This document shows, one piece after another, positions 37,949 through 48,220 of a DNA stretch of 64,000 bases. The position numbers were made by a program, and so were the translations under genes. The first letter of the stretch is position 1, and each line of letters opens with the position of its first letter. The notes beneath the pieces are model-generated. The model was not told the DNA's origin. It made no database searches and was given only the letters and a program-made list of their open reading frames with translations. This stretch comes from an uncultured Collinsella sp. Its GTDB lineage: Bacteria; Actinomycetota; Coriobacteriia; Coriobacteriales; Coriobacteriaceae. The DNA lies in NCBI GenBank assembly GCA_958435945.1, contig CAUBIC010000010.1, forward strand, positions 1,967 through 65,966, written 5' to 3'.

Positions 37949-38968
37949 CTATCCCAACTGGAAGAACAACGCGAGGCCCAGGGCTCCGAAGGCCGCGGCG
38001 ACAATCCAAAAACGGATGACGACCTTGGTCTCGGCCCAGCCCTTCTTTTCGAAATGATGATGAATGGGCGCCATAAGGAAGACGCGCTTGTGCGTAAAGT
38101 GGAAATAGACGACCTGGATCATGACCGACAGGGTCTCGACGATAAACAGACCGCCGATGATGAGGGAAACGACTTCGGTGTTGGTCATGATGGAGGTGCA
38201 GGCAAAAGCGGCACCCAGGGCAAGCGAGCCGGTATCGCCCATAAAGATGCTCGCCGGATAGCAGTTGAACCACAAAAATCCCAGGCAGGCGCCGGCGCAC
38301 GCCGTGCAGAAGATGGACAGGTTCACATCGCCGTGCAAAAACGCCATGGCAGCCATGGCCAGCATGGCGATCATGGCGGTGCCGCCGGCAAGACCGTCCA
38401 AGCCGTCGGTGAGGTTTACGGCGTTGGAAAGGCCCGCGATCATCAGCCAGCAAAAGACAAGGTAGAGCCACGGAAAAGAGAGGCCGCAAATGGTGGTCGA
38501 GAGCACACCGAGGTCGATCGTCAGGCCACCGGGGAAACGAATCTCGGGGGCGACGCCGCACCAGTTGACAGCAAGCACGGTAAAGGTAACGCAGATGAGG
38601 GTAAGGCCAATCATCTTGGCGTGAGGCGTCAGGCCGAGCGAGCGGCCGTGCGTGACAGAAGTCAGGTCGTCGATGAGGCCAAGAACGCCGGTTGCCAGCG
38701 TGGCGAGCAGCACAAGCACGAGCTCGGTGGTGAGCTTTCCCATCAAAAGGCAGGTCAGCGAAACGGCAACCAGGATGATGACGCCACCCATGGTGGGCGT
38801 GCCCTGCTTAATCAGGTGACGCTTGGGGCCATCGGCGCGAACCTGCTGGCCGATGCCCTCGACCTTCAGGAGCTTAATCCACCACGGCATAAGCAGCATC
38901 GCGATGACGGCGGCGATGCCCAATCCCAAAAATGCCTGGTACGTAGGATACGAAGGATTGCCGAACAT
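37949..38968 (-). CDS. mraY: phospho-N-acetylmuramoyl-pentapeptide-transferase
   Basis: NLTDGLDGLA, MGDTGSLALG and HHHFE are MraY motifs. Confidence 0.95.
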   Translation of the reverse strand: MFGNPSYPTYQAFLGLGIAAVIAMLLMPWWIKLLKVEGIGQQVRADGPKRHLIKQGTPTMGGVIILVAVSLTCLLMGKLTTELVLVLLATLATGVLGLIDDLTSVTHGRSLGLTPHAKMIGLTLICVTFTVLAVNWCGVAPEIRFPGGLTIDLGVLSTTICGLSFPWLYLVFCWLMIAGLSNAVNLTDGLDGLAGGTAMIAMLAMAAMAFLHGDVNLSIFCTACAGACLGFLWFNCYPASIFMGDTGSLALGAAFACTSIMTNTEVVSLIIGGLFIVETLSVMIQVVYFHFTHKRVFLMAPIHHHFEKKGWAETKVVIRFWIVAAAFGALGLALFFQLG

Positions 38969-38971
38969 GGA

Positions 38972-40396
38972 CTAGCACACACCTTCCACAAAGCGATCGA
39001 GCTCAACGAAGCGTGAGCCCTTGACCAGCACGACATCATGCTGCTCAAGAGCGCCGCCCATACGGTCGAGCACCTGCTGATAGTCGGAGAACACCTGAAT
39101 GCGGTCCTCATCCATACCCATCATGCGCGCGGCCTCGGCCATACGCTGGGCAAGCTCACCGCCGACACATGCGAGCATATCGAGCTTCTTGGCCGCCGCA
39201 TAGGCGCCCACCAGCTCATGCATGCGAGGAGCCTCGTCGCCCATCTCGCCCATCTCGCCCAGAACCGCCATGCGCGAACCCGTGCACGAAAGCGAACACA
39301 GCAGGTCGAGGCCGGCTGCCATCGATTCGGCACTGGCGTTATATGAGTCGTCGATGACGCGAGCGCCGCTCTTGGCGCGCTTGATTTCCTGGCGATGCCC
39401 GGTAATCGTAAGACCCCTAAAGGCGGCATCGATCTGCTCGGGCGTCACGCCAAGACGATAGGCAACCGCCGCGGCCTTGACGGCATTGGGAACGGACTGC
39501 GCGCCGGGAATGGCAAGCAGTGTGTCGATAGTCTCGCCCAAGCCAAAATCGAGCGTAAAGACCGGGCGTCCCTCGTCATCAATGCGAATGTCGCACGCAC
39601 GGACCTCATCGTCGTCCGAGACGCCCGCAAGCATCACGTCGACGCCCGCAGGCGCGGCAAAGGTGTCGCGGATGAACGGAGTAAAGTCGTCCTCACCACC
39701 CAAAACCAGCAACGGGAGAAGGTCTCCGGCGGCGCACATGCCGCCAACAATCTCGGATTTGGCACGAGCGATATTCTCGCGACTGCCCAGAATACCGATA
39801 TGGGAGGTGCCGATCTTGGTCACAATGGCAAGGTTGGGATTGGCGGACTGAGACATGCGCTCAATCTCGTGGAAATGGTTCATGCCCATCTCGAGCACCA
39901 GAACCTCGGTGTCGGCAGGGGCCGCCAGCACCGTGAGCGGCATACCGATCAGGTTGTTGTAGTTACCCTTGGTTGCCCAAACGCGATAGCGCTTGGCGAG
40001 CACCGCGGCGAGCACGTCCTTGGTCGTCGTCTTGCCGATAGAGCCGGTAATGCCAATTACCAGGCAGCCAAGCTCCAAACGATAAGAGTGAGCCAGGCGC
40101 AGCAAAAACTCCTCGGGGTCATCGGTATGCAGGATGGCGCAGCCCTTCTCATGGGCCAGCGAAAGCAGCTCGGCATCGGGCTCGCGCGTCATCACGACGG
40201 CGCCGGCACCCGACTCGATGGCACGGGAAGCAAAGTCGTTGCCGTCGACCTTTTCACCCGGGAAGGCGACGAATATCGTGCCCTCCTCAACCTGGCGCGA
40301 GTCGATAACGCAACCGCGGCACACCCGATCGGCTTCTCCCGTCACGGTTCGGGCCCCTGTTGCGGCCGCGAGGTTGTTGACGGCGATCTCTATCAT
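38972..40396 (-). CDS. murF: UDP-N-acetylmuramoyl-tripeptide--D-alanyl-D-alanine ligase
   Basis: GSIGKTTTK, GNYNNLIGMPLT and EMGMNHFHEI are MurF-specific motifs, not MurE motifs. Confidence 0.95.
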   Translation of the reverse strand: MIEIAVNNLAAATGARTVTGEADRVCRGCVIDSRQVEEGTIFVAFPGEKVDGNDFASRAIESGAGAVVMTREPDAELLSLAHEKGCAILHTDDPEEFLLRLAHSYRLELGCLVIGITGSIGKTTTKDVLAAVLAKRYRVWATKGNYNNLIGMPLTVLAAPADTEVLVLEMGMNHFHEIERMSQSANPNLAIVTKIGTSHIGILGSRENIARAKSEIVGGMCAAGDLLPLLVLGGEDDFTPFIRDTFAAPAGVDVMLAGVSDDDEVRACDIRIDDEGRPVFTLDFGLGETIDTLLAIPGAQSVPNAVKAAAVAYRLGVTPEQIDAAFRGLTITGHRQEIKRAKSGARVIDDSYNASAESMAAGLDLLCSLSCTGSRMAVLGEMGEMGDEAPRMHELVGAYAAAKKLDMLACVGGELAQRMAEAARMMGMDEDRIQVFSDYQQVLDRMGGALEQHDVVLVKGSRFVELDRFVEGVC

Positions 40397-40519
40397 TGCA
40401 GCTCCCCTGTAAACCTAATAATGCTATCGGCGTATTGTATCCCAGCGCCGCCTACGCGTGGTGCAGGGCGTGTGAACAACCCGGATTAACCGACTGACCA
40501 TTTCATAGATAGTAACCCC

Positions 40520-42385
40520 CTACTTGGTGCGCGGGACACCCAACACGTCAAGCGCACTGGCCATAATGGACTGGAACGGCACTGCGGCGGCATCGGAGCC
40601 TGACGGGGTTCCGTCAAGGGTGATATAGCACAGGACCTTGGGCGACTGCGCCGGGGCAAACCCCATAAAAGACGACATGTAGTTCTCTTTGAGGTAGCCG
40701 CCGTTCTCATCGGCGCGCTCGGCCGTACCGGTCTTGCCCGCCACGTCGTAGCCGTCCACCGCGCCGCCAACGCCCGTTCCCTCGGCAACGACCGTCTGCA
40801 TACACGATGTCACCTGCGAGGCGGCCTCCTCGGAAATCGCGCGATTCCCCTCGCCCCAATCCTTTTCATCGCCCTTGCTCGACTTATAGAAGTGCGGAGT
40901 CATCATCACGCCGCCGTTCGCGATGCCGCCCACGGCACGTGCGACCTCAATCGGCGAGACGGACAGCGCCTGGCCAAAGCTCATAGCACCCAAGGTGGCA
41001 CCATCGTACTGGTCGCGCTCCTTGACGATGCCCAGACTCTCACCCGGAAAATCGACACCGGAGCTATGACCGATACCCCACTTGTCCACATAGGTGGCAA
41101 AATCATCGGCACCGATCTTGCGCCCCACCAGGACAAAACCGACATTGGACGAACGGCGCATCATCTCGCGTACGTCCATTGTCATGGTGTAGTCACGCTT
41201 GTCGGCATCGGTAACGGTATCGTCGCCCACCTTGATACTCGCGGGAACCTCAAACGATGTGCTCGGGCGCACAACGCCCAAATCAAATCCGGCGCCCGCA
41301 ACCAGCGTCTTAAAGACCGAGCCGGGCTCGTAGGCATCCGTCACCAGACGAAGGTTCATGTCCTCGGTCTTGGCGTTTTCCAAATTGGTCTGGTCGTAGG
41401 TCGGATACGAGCAGGCGGCCAGGATCTCTCCAGTCGTCGGGTCGGTCACCAGGGCCGACCCGTTTTTGGCCTTCGTCTTCTCGACCGCCTCGGCCAAGGC
41501 ATCTTCCGCGGCGCGCTGAATGTTGACGTCGATCGTCGTCACGATATCCACGCCATCGATCGCGGCAACCTTTTTATAGGCACCGCCCGCGATGTAGCCG
41601 CCATCTCTTGCGCGCTCGCGCACAAGAGAGCCATTCGTTCCGGTCAGAAGCTCATCGTATTGTTTTTCGAGTCCCGTCAGGCCAGCGTTGTCCACGTTCA
41701 CGACGCCCAGCAGCTGAGAAGCCAGGTTTCCATACGGGTAAACCCGCTTCATCGCCTGCTCAAAGAGCACGCCGGGTAGATTCTTCTTTTCCAGGGCGGC
41801 AGCGTCATCCTCGTCGACCTGGCGCTTGATATACACCCAGGAACCATCAGACAGTACCAGCTTGCGACAGGTCTTTTTATCGATACCGGTGGCCTTGACC
41901 AGCGCCGAGACCGTCTTGTCGACGTCCTCGACAAGCTGAGGGTTCACGGCGACATTGCGGCATTCGACCGACGACGTCAGCACGTTGCCGTTGCGGTCGT
42001 AGATAGTGCCACGTTTGGCATAGAGCGTCTGTGAGAGCAGGCGACGCGCGTCCGCGCGCTCGCGCAGCTTGTCAGCATTCACGATCTGGTATTCGGCAAG
42101 ACGGAAGACGCCCGCGGCAAGGCCAACCCCGATACAGCCCATAACGACATCGCGGCGAGGCAGCGGCGTTCCCGTAACCCATTCAGACGACGACCCCTTG
42201 CGCGCGCCCGTATTGCGTACCCGAGGTCCGCCCGAGCCACGAAGACGCGACGCAGGGTCGTTGCCATAGGACGGCCCCGCGTTGTAAGATGGCCGACCCG
42301 TTCCTTGATAACCAGAACGTCCCCGCGAGGAGGGACGTCCAGACCCGTGGTCCCCGTCGGAACCGCGGCGATAGTCATTTGTCAT
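40520..42385 (-). CDS. ftsI: class B penicillin-binding protein (FtsI-type transpeptidase) with disordered N-terminal region
   Basis: PBP dimerisation domain plus a transpeptidase domain (SVFK = SxxK, SSN, KTGT). Confidence 0.9.
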   Translation of the reverse strand: MTNDYRRGSDGDHGSGRPSSRGRSGYQGTGRPSYNAGPSYGNDPASRLRGSGGPRVRNTGARKGSSSEWVTGTPLPRRDVVMGCIGVGLAAGVFRLAEYQIVNADKLRERADARRLLSQTLYAKRGTIYDRNGNVLTSSVECRNVAVNPQLVEDVDKTVSALVKATGIDKKTCRKLVLSDGSWVYIKRQVDEDDAAALEKKNLPGVLFEQAMKRVYPYGNLASQLLGVVNVDNAGLTGLEKQYDELLTGTNGSLVRERARDGGYIAGGAYKKVAAIDGVDIVTTIDVNIQRAAEDALAEAVEKTKAKNGSALVTDPTTGEILAACSYPTYDQTNLENAKTEDMNLRLVTDAYEPGSVFKTLVAGAGFDLGVVRPSTSFEVPASIKVGDDTVTDADKRDYTMTMDVREMMRRSSNVGFVLVGRKIGADDFATYVDKWGIGHSSGVDFPGESLGIVKERDQYDGATLGAMSFGQALSVSPIEVARAVGGIANGGVMMTPHFYKSSKGDEKDWGEGNRAISEEAASQVTSCMQTVVAEGTGVGGAVDGYDVAGKTGTAERADENGGYLKENYMSSFMGFAPAQSPKVLCYITLDGTPSGSDAAAVPFQSIMASALDVLGVPRTK

Positions 42386-42403
42386 ACTCAGCTACCGTCT
42401 TAT

Positions 42404-42874
42404 TTACTGAGCGGCCGCAGTCGAGCTAGCGCCCGCGGCTGCATCCTGCGAAAAGTCAAGCGTAACGCTCTCGCTGGGCTCCACCATGCCATAGGCGCCC
42501 GCAAGATCGCGAATACGTGTGTCGGCACCATAGACCGAATGCATGACCTCAAGGTTAGAACTCTCGTCGGTCGCCTTCTCGAGCGTGCTGGCAAGCTCTG
42601 CGTTGCCGTTGAGCACCTGGGCCGTGACACCGGCAAGTGCCACGCGGGCGACACCGATCGTCATGAAGACAGCCGCGATGATGCAAACCGTTTTAAGAAC
42701 GCTCATGAAAACCGGGCTTACCGCCTGGTTTGCCTGACGGCCCGCGCCCGTGTAGACATCAAAACGCGGCGTGCGTTGCTCACGAGGGGCAACGGGCGCC
42801 TGCGGTGCCTCGCGGTAGGCGGGCATGGCGTTCATATCATAGGCGAGTGCTGCGTTTGAGGTGTTATAGCCCAT
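42404..42874 (-). CDS. ftsL: FtsL-like small bitopic division protein
   Basis: Single TM helix followed by a short coiled segment, in the conserved slot between rsmH and ftsI. Sequence similarity alone is weak. Confidence 0.65.
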   Translation of the reverse strand: MGYNTSNAALAYDMNAMPAYREAPQAPVAPREQRTPRFDVYTGAGRQANQAVSPVFMSVLKTVCIIAAVFMTIGVARVALAGVTAQVLNGNAELASTLEKATDESSNLEVMHSVYGADTRIRDLAGAYGMVEPSESVTLDFSQDAAAGASSTAAAQ

Positions 42875-42964
42875 GATATGCCGCCTCCCATCCCGAGTAC
42901 GTTGGTAGTGTGTTTAAGCTTCGTTTATGGTGCGAGCGGGAGGTCCAATTTCGCGCGGTCGCGC

Positions 42965-43930
42965 CTACAGGCGCTGCGCCACGCGGATTTTGGCTGATCT
43001 CGCCCGAGGGTTGCGCGCAACCTCATCGGGTTGGGCAACCAAGGGTTTGCGGGTGATGACCTTGAGTATCGGCACGTTGCCGCACACGCACACCGGAATC
43101 TCCGGCGGGCACGTGCACCCCTGGCTCATCTCCTTAAAGTGGTTCTTTACGATACGGTCCTCGAGCGAGTGATACGAGATGACGCAGATGCGTCCGCCCG
43201 GGTTGAGCCACCTGGTGGCGGCATCAAGCCCCCTCTCGAGCACATCGAGCTCGTGGTTGACCTCGATGCGAATGGCCTGGAAGCTCTTCTTGGCCGGGTG
43301 CCCACCATGCCGACGAGCGGCAGCCGGAATGCCAGCCTTGATGATCTCGACAAATTGGCCTGTAGTTTCGATCGGTTCTTGCTCGCGACGGCGCACGATC
43401 TCGCGCGCAATCTGCGAGGCGAACTTCTCTTCGCCATAGACGCGTAGAATCCGGGCGAGGTCGTGTTCGTTATAGGTGTTGATGACCTCAGCTGCGTTTA
43501 GGGTGTTGTTACCCGGATCCATCCGCATGTCCAATGGGGCATCTTCGTTATACGAAAAGCCCCTGCCAGGGATATCGAGTTGCGGTGACGAAACGCCCAA
43601 GTCAAACAGGAAGCCATCGACCCCGGGCACCTCGGCCGAGCAAAGCAGCTCGTCCAAGTCGCCGAAGTTGCCCTTCAGCAGCTGGTGCGGGACGCCGGGA
43701 ACCTCGCGGTCCAGACGGGCGCCAGCGGCCTCGAGGGCCATGTCGTCCTGATCGACGCCGAGCAAAAGGCCCGTCTCCCCCACCTGCGCGGCCATCTTTA
43801 CCGAATGGCCGGCACCGCCAAGGGTGCAATCGCAGACAACGGAGCCGCTCTTGAGCTGCAGCGACTCAAGCACTTCGCCGAGCATGACAGGTTCATGCCG
43901 ATATTCTTGTGTCAAGATCCCACGCTCCAT
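42965..43930 (-). CDS. rsmH: 16S rRNA (cytosine1402-N4)-methyltransferase
   Basis: HEPVML...DCTLGGAGHS...DLGVSSPQLD are MraW/RsmH motifs. Confidence 0.95.
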   Translation of the reverse strand: MERGILTQEYRHEPVMLGEVLESLQLKSGSVVCDCTLGGAGHSVKMAAQVGETGLLLGVDQDDMALEAAGARLDREVPGVPHQLLKGNFGDLDELLCSAEVPGVDGFLFDLGVSSPQLDIPGRGFSYNEDAPLDMRMDPGNNTLNAAEVINTYNEHDLARILRVYGEEKFASQIAREIVRRREQEPIETTGQFVEIIKAGIPAAARRHGGHPAKKSFQAIRIEVNHELDVLERGLDAATRWLNPGGRICVISYHSLEDRIVKNHFKEMSQGCTCPPEIPVCVCGNVPILKVITRKPLVAQPDEVARNPRARSAKIRVAQRL

Positions 43931-43950
43931 CCGTTACTCGTGCCTTGCCC

Positions 43951-44385
43951 TTACGAGAAGAAGAGGTCAAGCAGAGCCTCGTCGTCATCGTCCTCATCGG
44001 CCGCGGCGCGGTCCCAAACCTCGAGGTGGTCGTAGTTACCCACAACCGTGACCTCGCGGTCGAGGTTCGCCTGCTTGCGGAGAGACTCAGAAAGACCGAT
44101 ACGACCGGCGCTATCCACATCCATCGACGTGGTGCGCTTGTTGATCGCTCTCATGAGCTTCTGGTCGTTGATGTCACGCGGGTTAAAACCCTCGTGGCCC
44201 TCACGACCCGCGAAGAGTCCTTCGACCCACTTATCGAAGGCCTCGGCAGAGAACACGTACAGAGCATCGACATCCAGGGCTTTGAACACGCGAACGTGCT
44301 CTCCAAGCTCCTCGCGAAGGGGTGCAGGCAGGGACAGACGACCTTTTGCATCGAGATTGCGCTCGTATGCACCAGTCATTCCCAT
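43951..44385 (-). CDS. mraZ: division/cell wall cluster transcriptional regulator MraZ
   Basis: Two DxxxR-type SpoVT/AbrB-like repeats (LDAKGRLSLP, VDSAGRIGL). RBS is GGGGAGGG. Confidence 0.9.
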   Translation of the reverse strand: MGMTGAYERNLDAKGRLSLPAPLREELGEHVRVFKALDVDALYVFSAEAFDKWVEGLFAGREGHEGFNPRDINDQKLMRAINKRTTSMDVDSAGRIGLSESLRKQANLDREVTVVGNYDHLEVWDRAAADEDDDDEALLDLFFS

Positions 44386-44453
44386 GTGCGCCCTCCCCTC
44401 GGTTTCTCAGATGGCACGTACGCGGGGAACCACCCCGCCTGTCGACGTCATTA

Positions 44454-44482
44454 ATAATATGGGGAACCGCCCCATTTTTCAA
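44454..44482 (-). promoter_or_regulatory. candidate sigma-A promoter of the mraZ/dcw operon
   Basis: The minus strand reads TTGAAA - 17 nt - TATTAT. The predicted TSS is about 60 nt upstream of the mraZ ATG. Confidence 0.5.
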
Positions 44483-44487
44483 CACCT

Positions 44488-44526
44488 TTCCCCACCCCTT
44501 CCCCCACCCTACCCCACCACTCCACC
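44488..44526 (-). promoter_or_regulatory. GTGGG direct-repeat tract (MraZ-box-like)
   Basis: The minus strand reads GTGGAGTGGTGGGGTAGGGTGGGGGAAGGGGTGGGG. GTGG(G/A) units start about 8-12 bp apart, immediately upstream of the -35. Confidence 0.4.
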
Positions 44527-44754
44527 CCCTAACTATTGGGCGCCACCCCCGAGCATATGTTCGAAAACACAATATGTTGTGTTTAACGCAAAGGCGGGAT
44601 GCCACCTGTAGCACCCCGCCTTTCAACCTCAACCTTCAAGTTGACCTTGAGGCGATTTTTATGTCCCTTTACATGCCGTTCACATCGCCCCCAAACTCTC
44701 CCACGCGCGGCATGCGCGCCCCACCGCGACATTGGCCGACGGCGCAAAATGGGA

Positions 44755-44823
44755 CGGACCCCCGATTGCCAAAACGTGCGCAACAGCACGTTCCAGCAAT
44801 CGGGGGTCCGTCCTCGGATAGCA
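44755..44823 (-). terminator. compound hairpin terminator after xerD
   Basis: GGGACGGACCCCCGATTG / CAATCGGGGGTCCGTCC 17-bp arms enclosing an inner AACGTGC..CACGTT hairpin, followed by CATTTTGCG. Confidence 0.6.
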
Positions 44824-44846
44824 TGTAATCGCAGCTCAGCAGCGTA

Positions 44847-45788
44847 CTAGCGATGTGCCAGCGGGTGGGCCGCAAGGTAAACCTCGGTCAGCTGCGTACG
44901 ATCGACATGCGTGTAGACCTGCGTCGTCGATATATCGGCGTGTCCCAAGATCTCCTGCAGCACGCGAAGGTCCGCACCGCCCGCAAGCATATGGGTGGCA
45001 AAGGAGTGGCGCAACGTGTGCGGATGGAGTCCCACCAACCCCACCTGGCGCCCGTAGCGCTCGCATATGACGTGAACACCCTGACGCGACAGACGCCCGC
45101 CGTTCTTGTTTAAAAAGACCGCCGGCGTCTCTGTCCCACGAGCATGAGCCGCCAGAAGCTGGCGCCCATCACATATATAGTGCGTCAGGGCACGCGCCGC
45201 ACTTCCCACCAAAGGGGCCAGACGCTCCTTGGAGCCCTTGCCGCGAACCAGCACAAAGCCGCCATCGACATGGATATCACTCACATCGAGCCCCACCAGC
45301 TCGCTAACGCGAAGGCCGCACCCATACAGCACTTCCAAGATGGCGTGATCGCGCAGGCCCATCTCGCCATCCGGAAAATCCTGGTCGAGCAATGCCGAAA
45401 CATCCTCCACCGAAAGGCACTCCGGCAGGCGCTCGGCCTTTTTTGGCAAACGCAACGCCGCCGTGGGATTTTGGGCCACGGCCCCATCGCGCACCAAAAA
45501 GGCATGCAGGCCTTTGACGGCCGCGAGTGCGCGCTCCACCGAAGCGTCGGAATAGCCCCCGTCGCGCCGATTGGCGATAAAGCCCTCGACGACCCGCCGG
45601 CTCACGTCCTCAAAGGATGCAATGCCCGTCCGCTCCAGATAGGCGCAGTAAGTCGTCAGGTCTCGGCGATAGGCGGCAATCGTGTTGCGCGCCAAGCCCC
45701 GCTCGACTGCAAGGTAATCAAGAAACTCCCCCGCCGCCACAGCGAGCGACGAAGGAGCTTCTTCGATATGTTCCCCGTTCGCCGGCAA
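44847..45788 (-). CDS. xerD: site-specific tyrosine recombinase XerD/XerC family
   Basis: N-terminal SAM-like domain and the C-terminal catalytic R...HxLRH...Y (HTLRHSFATHML, TTQVYTHV). TTG start 3 nt after the pyrG stop. The XerD versus XerC assignment rests only on pyrG linkage. Confidence 0.85.
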   Translation of the reverse strand: MPANGEHIEEAPSSLAVAAGEFLDYLAVERGLARNTIAAYRRDLTTYCAYLERTGIASFEDVSRRVVEGFIANRRDGGYSDASVERALAAVKGLHAFLVRDGAVAQNPTAALRLPKKAERLPECLSVEDVSALLDQDFPDGEMGLRDHAILEVLYGCGLRVSELVGLDVSDIHVDGGFVLVRGKGSKERLAPLVGSAARALTHYICDGRQLLAAHARGTETPAVFLNKNGGRLSRQGVHVICERYGRQVGLVGLHPHTLRHSFATHMLAGGADLRVLQEILGHADISTTQVYTHVDRTQLTEVYLAAHPLAHR

Positions 45789-45790
45789 CC

Positions 45791-47458
<1,668 letters not shown>

Positions 47459-47571
47459 TTACCTGCGCTTCCCGTAGAAGTTGTCCATACACATCTTACG
47501 GGTCTTCATTGTAATACTCGGACCGCAAGCCGTTCGCATCTTTTCTCGCGCGCGCTCGCATTTCTCAATCT

Positions 47572-47605
47572 CGAAACAAAACGCCGCCCGGCACCCGAGC
47601 GGCGT
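47572..47605 (-). terminator. rho-independent terminator of the wHTH gene
   Basis: ACGCCGC...GCGGCGT stem followed by TTTGTTTCG on the minus strand. Confidence 0.6.
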
Positions 47606-47629
47606 CACAGCAACTTAGGCGGCAGATCG

Positions 47630-47965
47630 CTACCGATCGGCAAGCTCGTCCCCGAGCATATCCTGAACGAGCATACCCGCTCGGATGCCTCTCAGATACC
47701 ACCCGCCGCGCTCGGTAAGGCAAATACCATTTGCAAGCTGGCCGCCGTCCTCGCTATATCGCGAAACAACCTCGATCAAGCCGTCAGAATCCAAGCGTTC
47801 AATTGCGGCACGGGCTCGATACGGAGACACCCCAACGTGCTCCGCAAGCGTTTTGCGCGAGAAACCATATGTCCCGCCACTTTCGGATTGCTGGGCGATC
47901 TCCATCAACACCAGCACTTCGACACGCTTCATATCGTTGACACTCGCACGACCTTTGCCCGCCAT
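47630..47965 (-). CDS. small winged-helix (MarR-like) DNA-binding protein
   Basis: The ATG at 47963-47965 follows GAGGAGG. FSRKTLAEHVGVSPYRARAAIERLDSDGLIE resembles a wHTH recognition helix and wing. Confidence 0.6.
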   Translation of the reverse strand: MAGKGRASVNDMKRVEVLVLMEIAQQSESGGTYGFSRKTLAEHVGVSPYRARAAIERLDSDGLIEVVSRYSEDGGQLANGICLTERGGWYLRGIRAGMLVQDMLGDELADR

Positions 47966-48152
47966 GGCAGCCTCCTCTAACCGAGCACGAGCATCCAGCG
48001 CGCCGTGCACGACCGACACACCTCACGATGGCAGGTAATATCCATCATGCGGCATCCCGCTAAGGATGAAACAGTTACGGTTATTTTATACCGCTCAAAT
48101 CGTTTCCAGGCAGGTAAACGGCTATTTTTCGCCGAAATAGACACTTAATTGA

Positions 48153-48188
48153 TCAAAAAGCCGTACCGGGCGCTAACCCGATACGGCC
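48153..48188 (-). terminator. rho-independent terminator of the DUF1846 gene
   Basis: GCCGTATCGG...CCGGTACGGC stem followed by TTTTTGATC on the minus strand. Confidence 0.55.
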
Positions 48189-48220
48189 AAAATGCAATCA
48201 ATTACCGCGGTACTTCAAAC

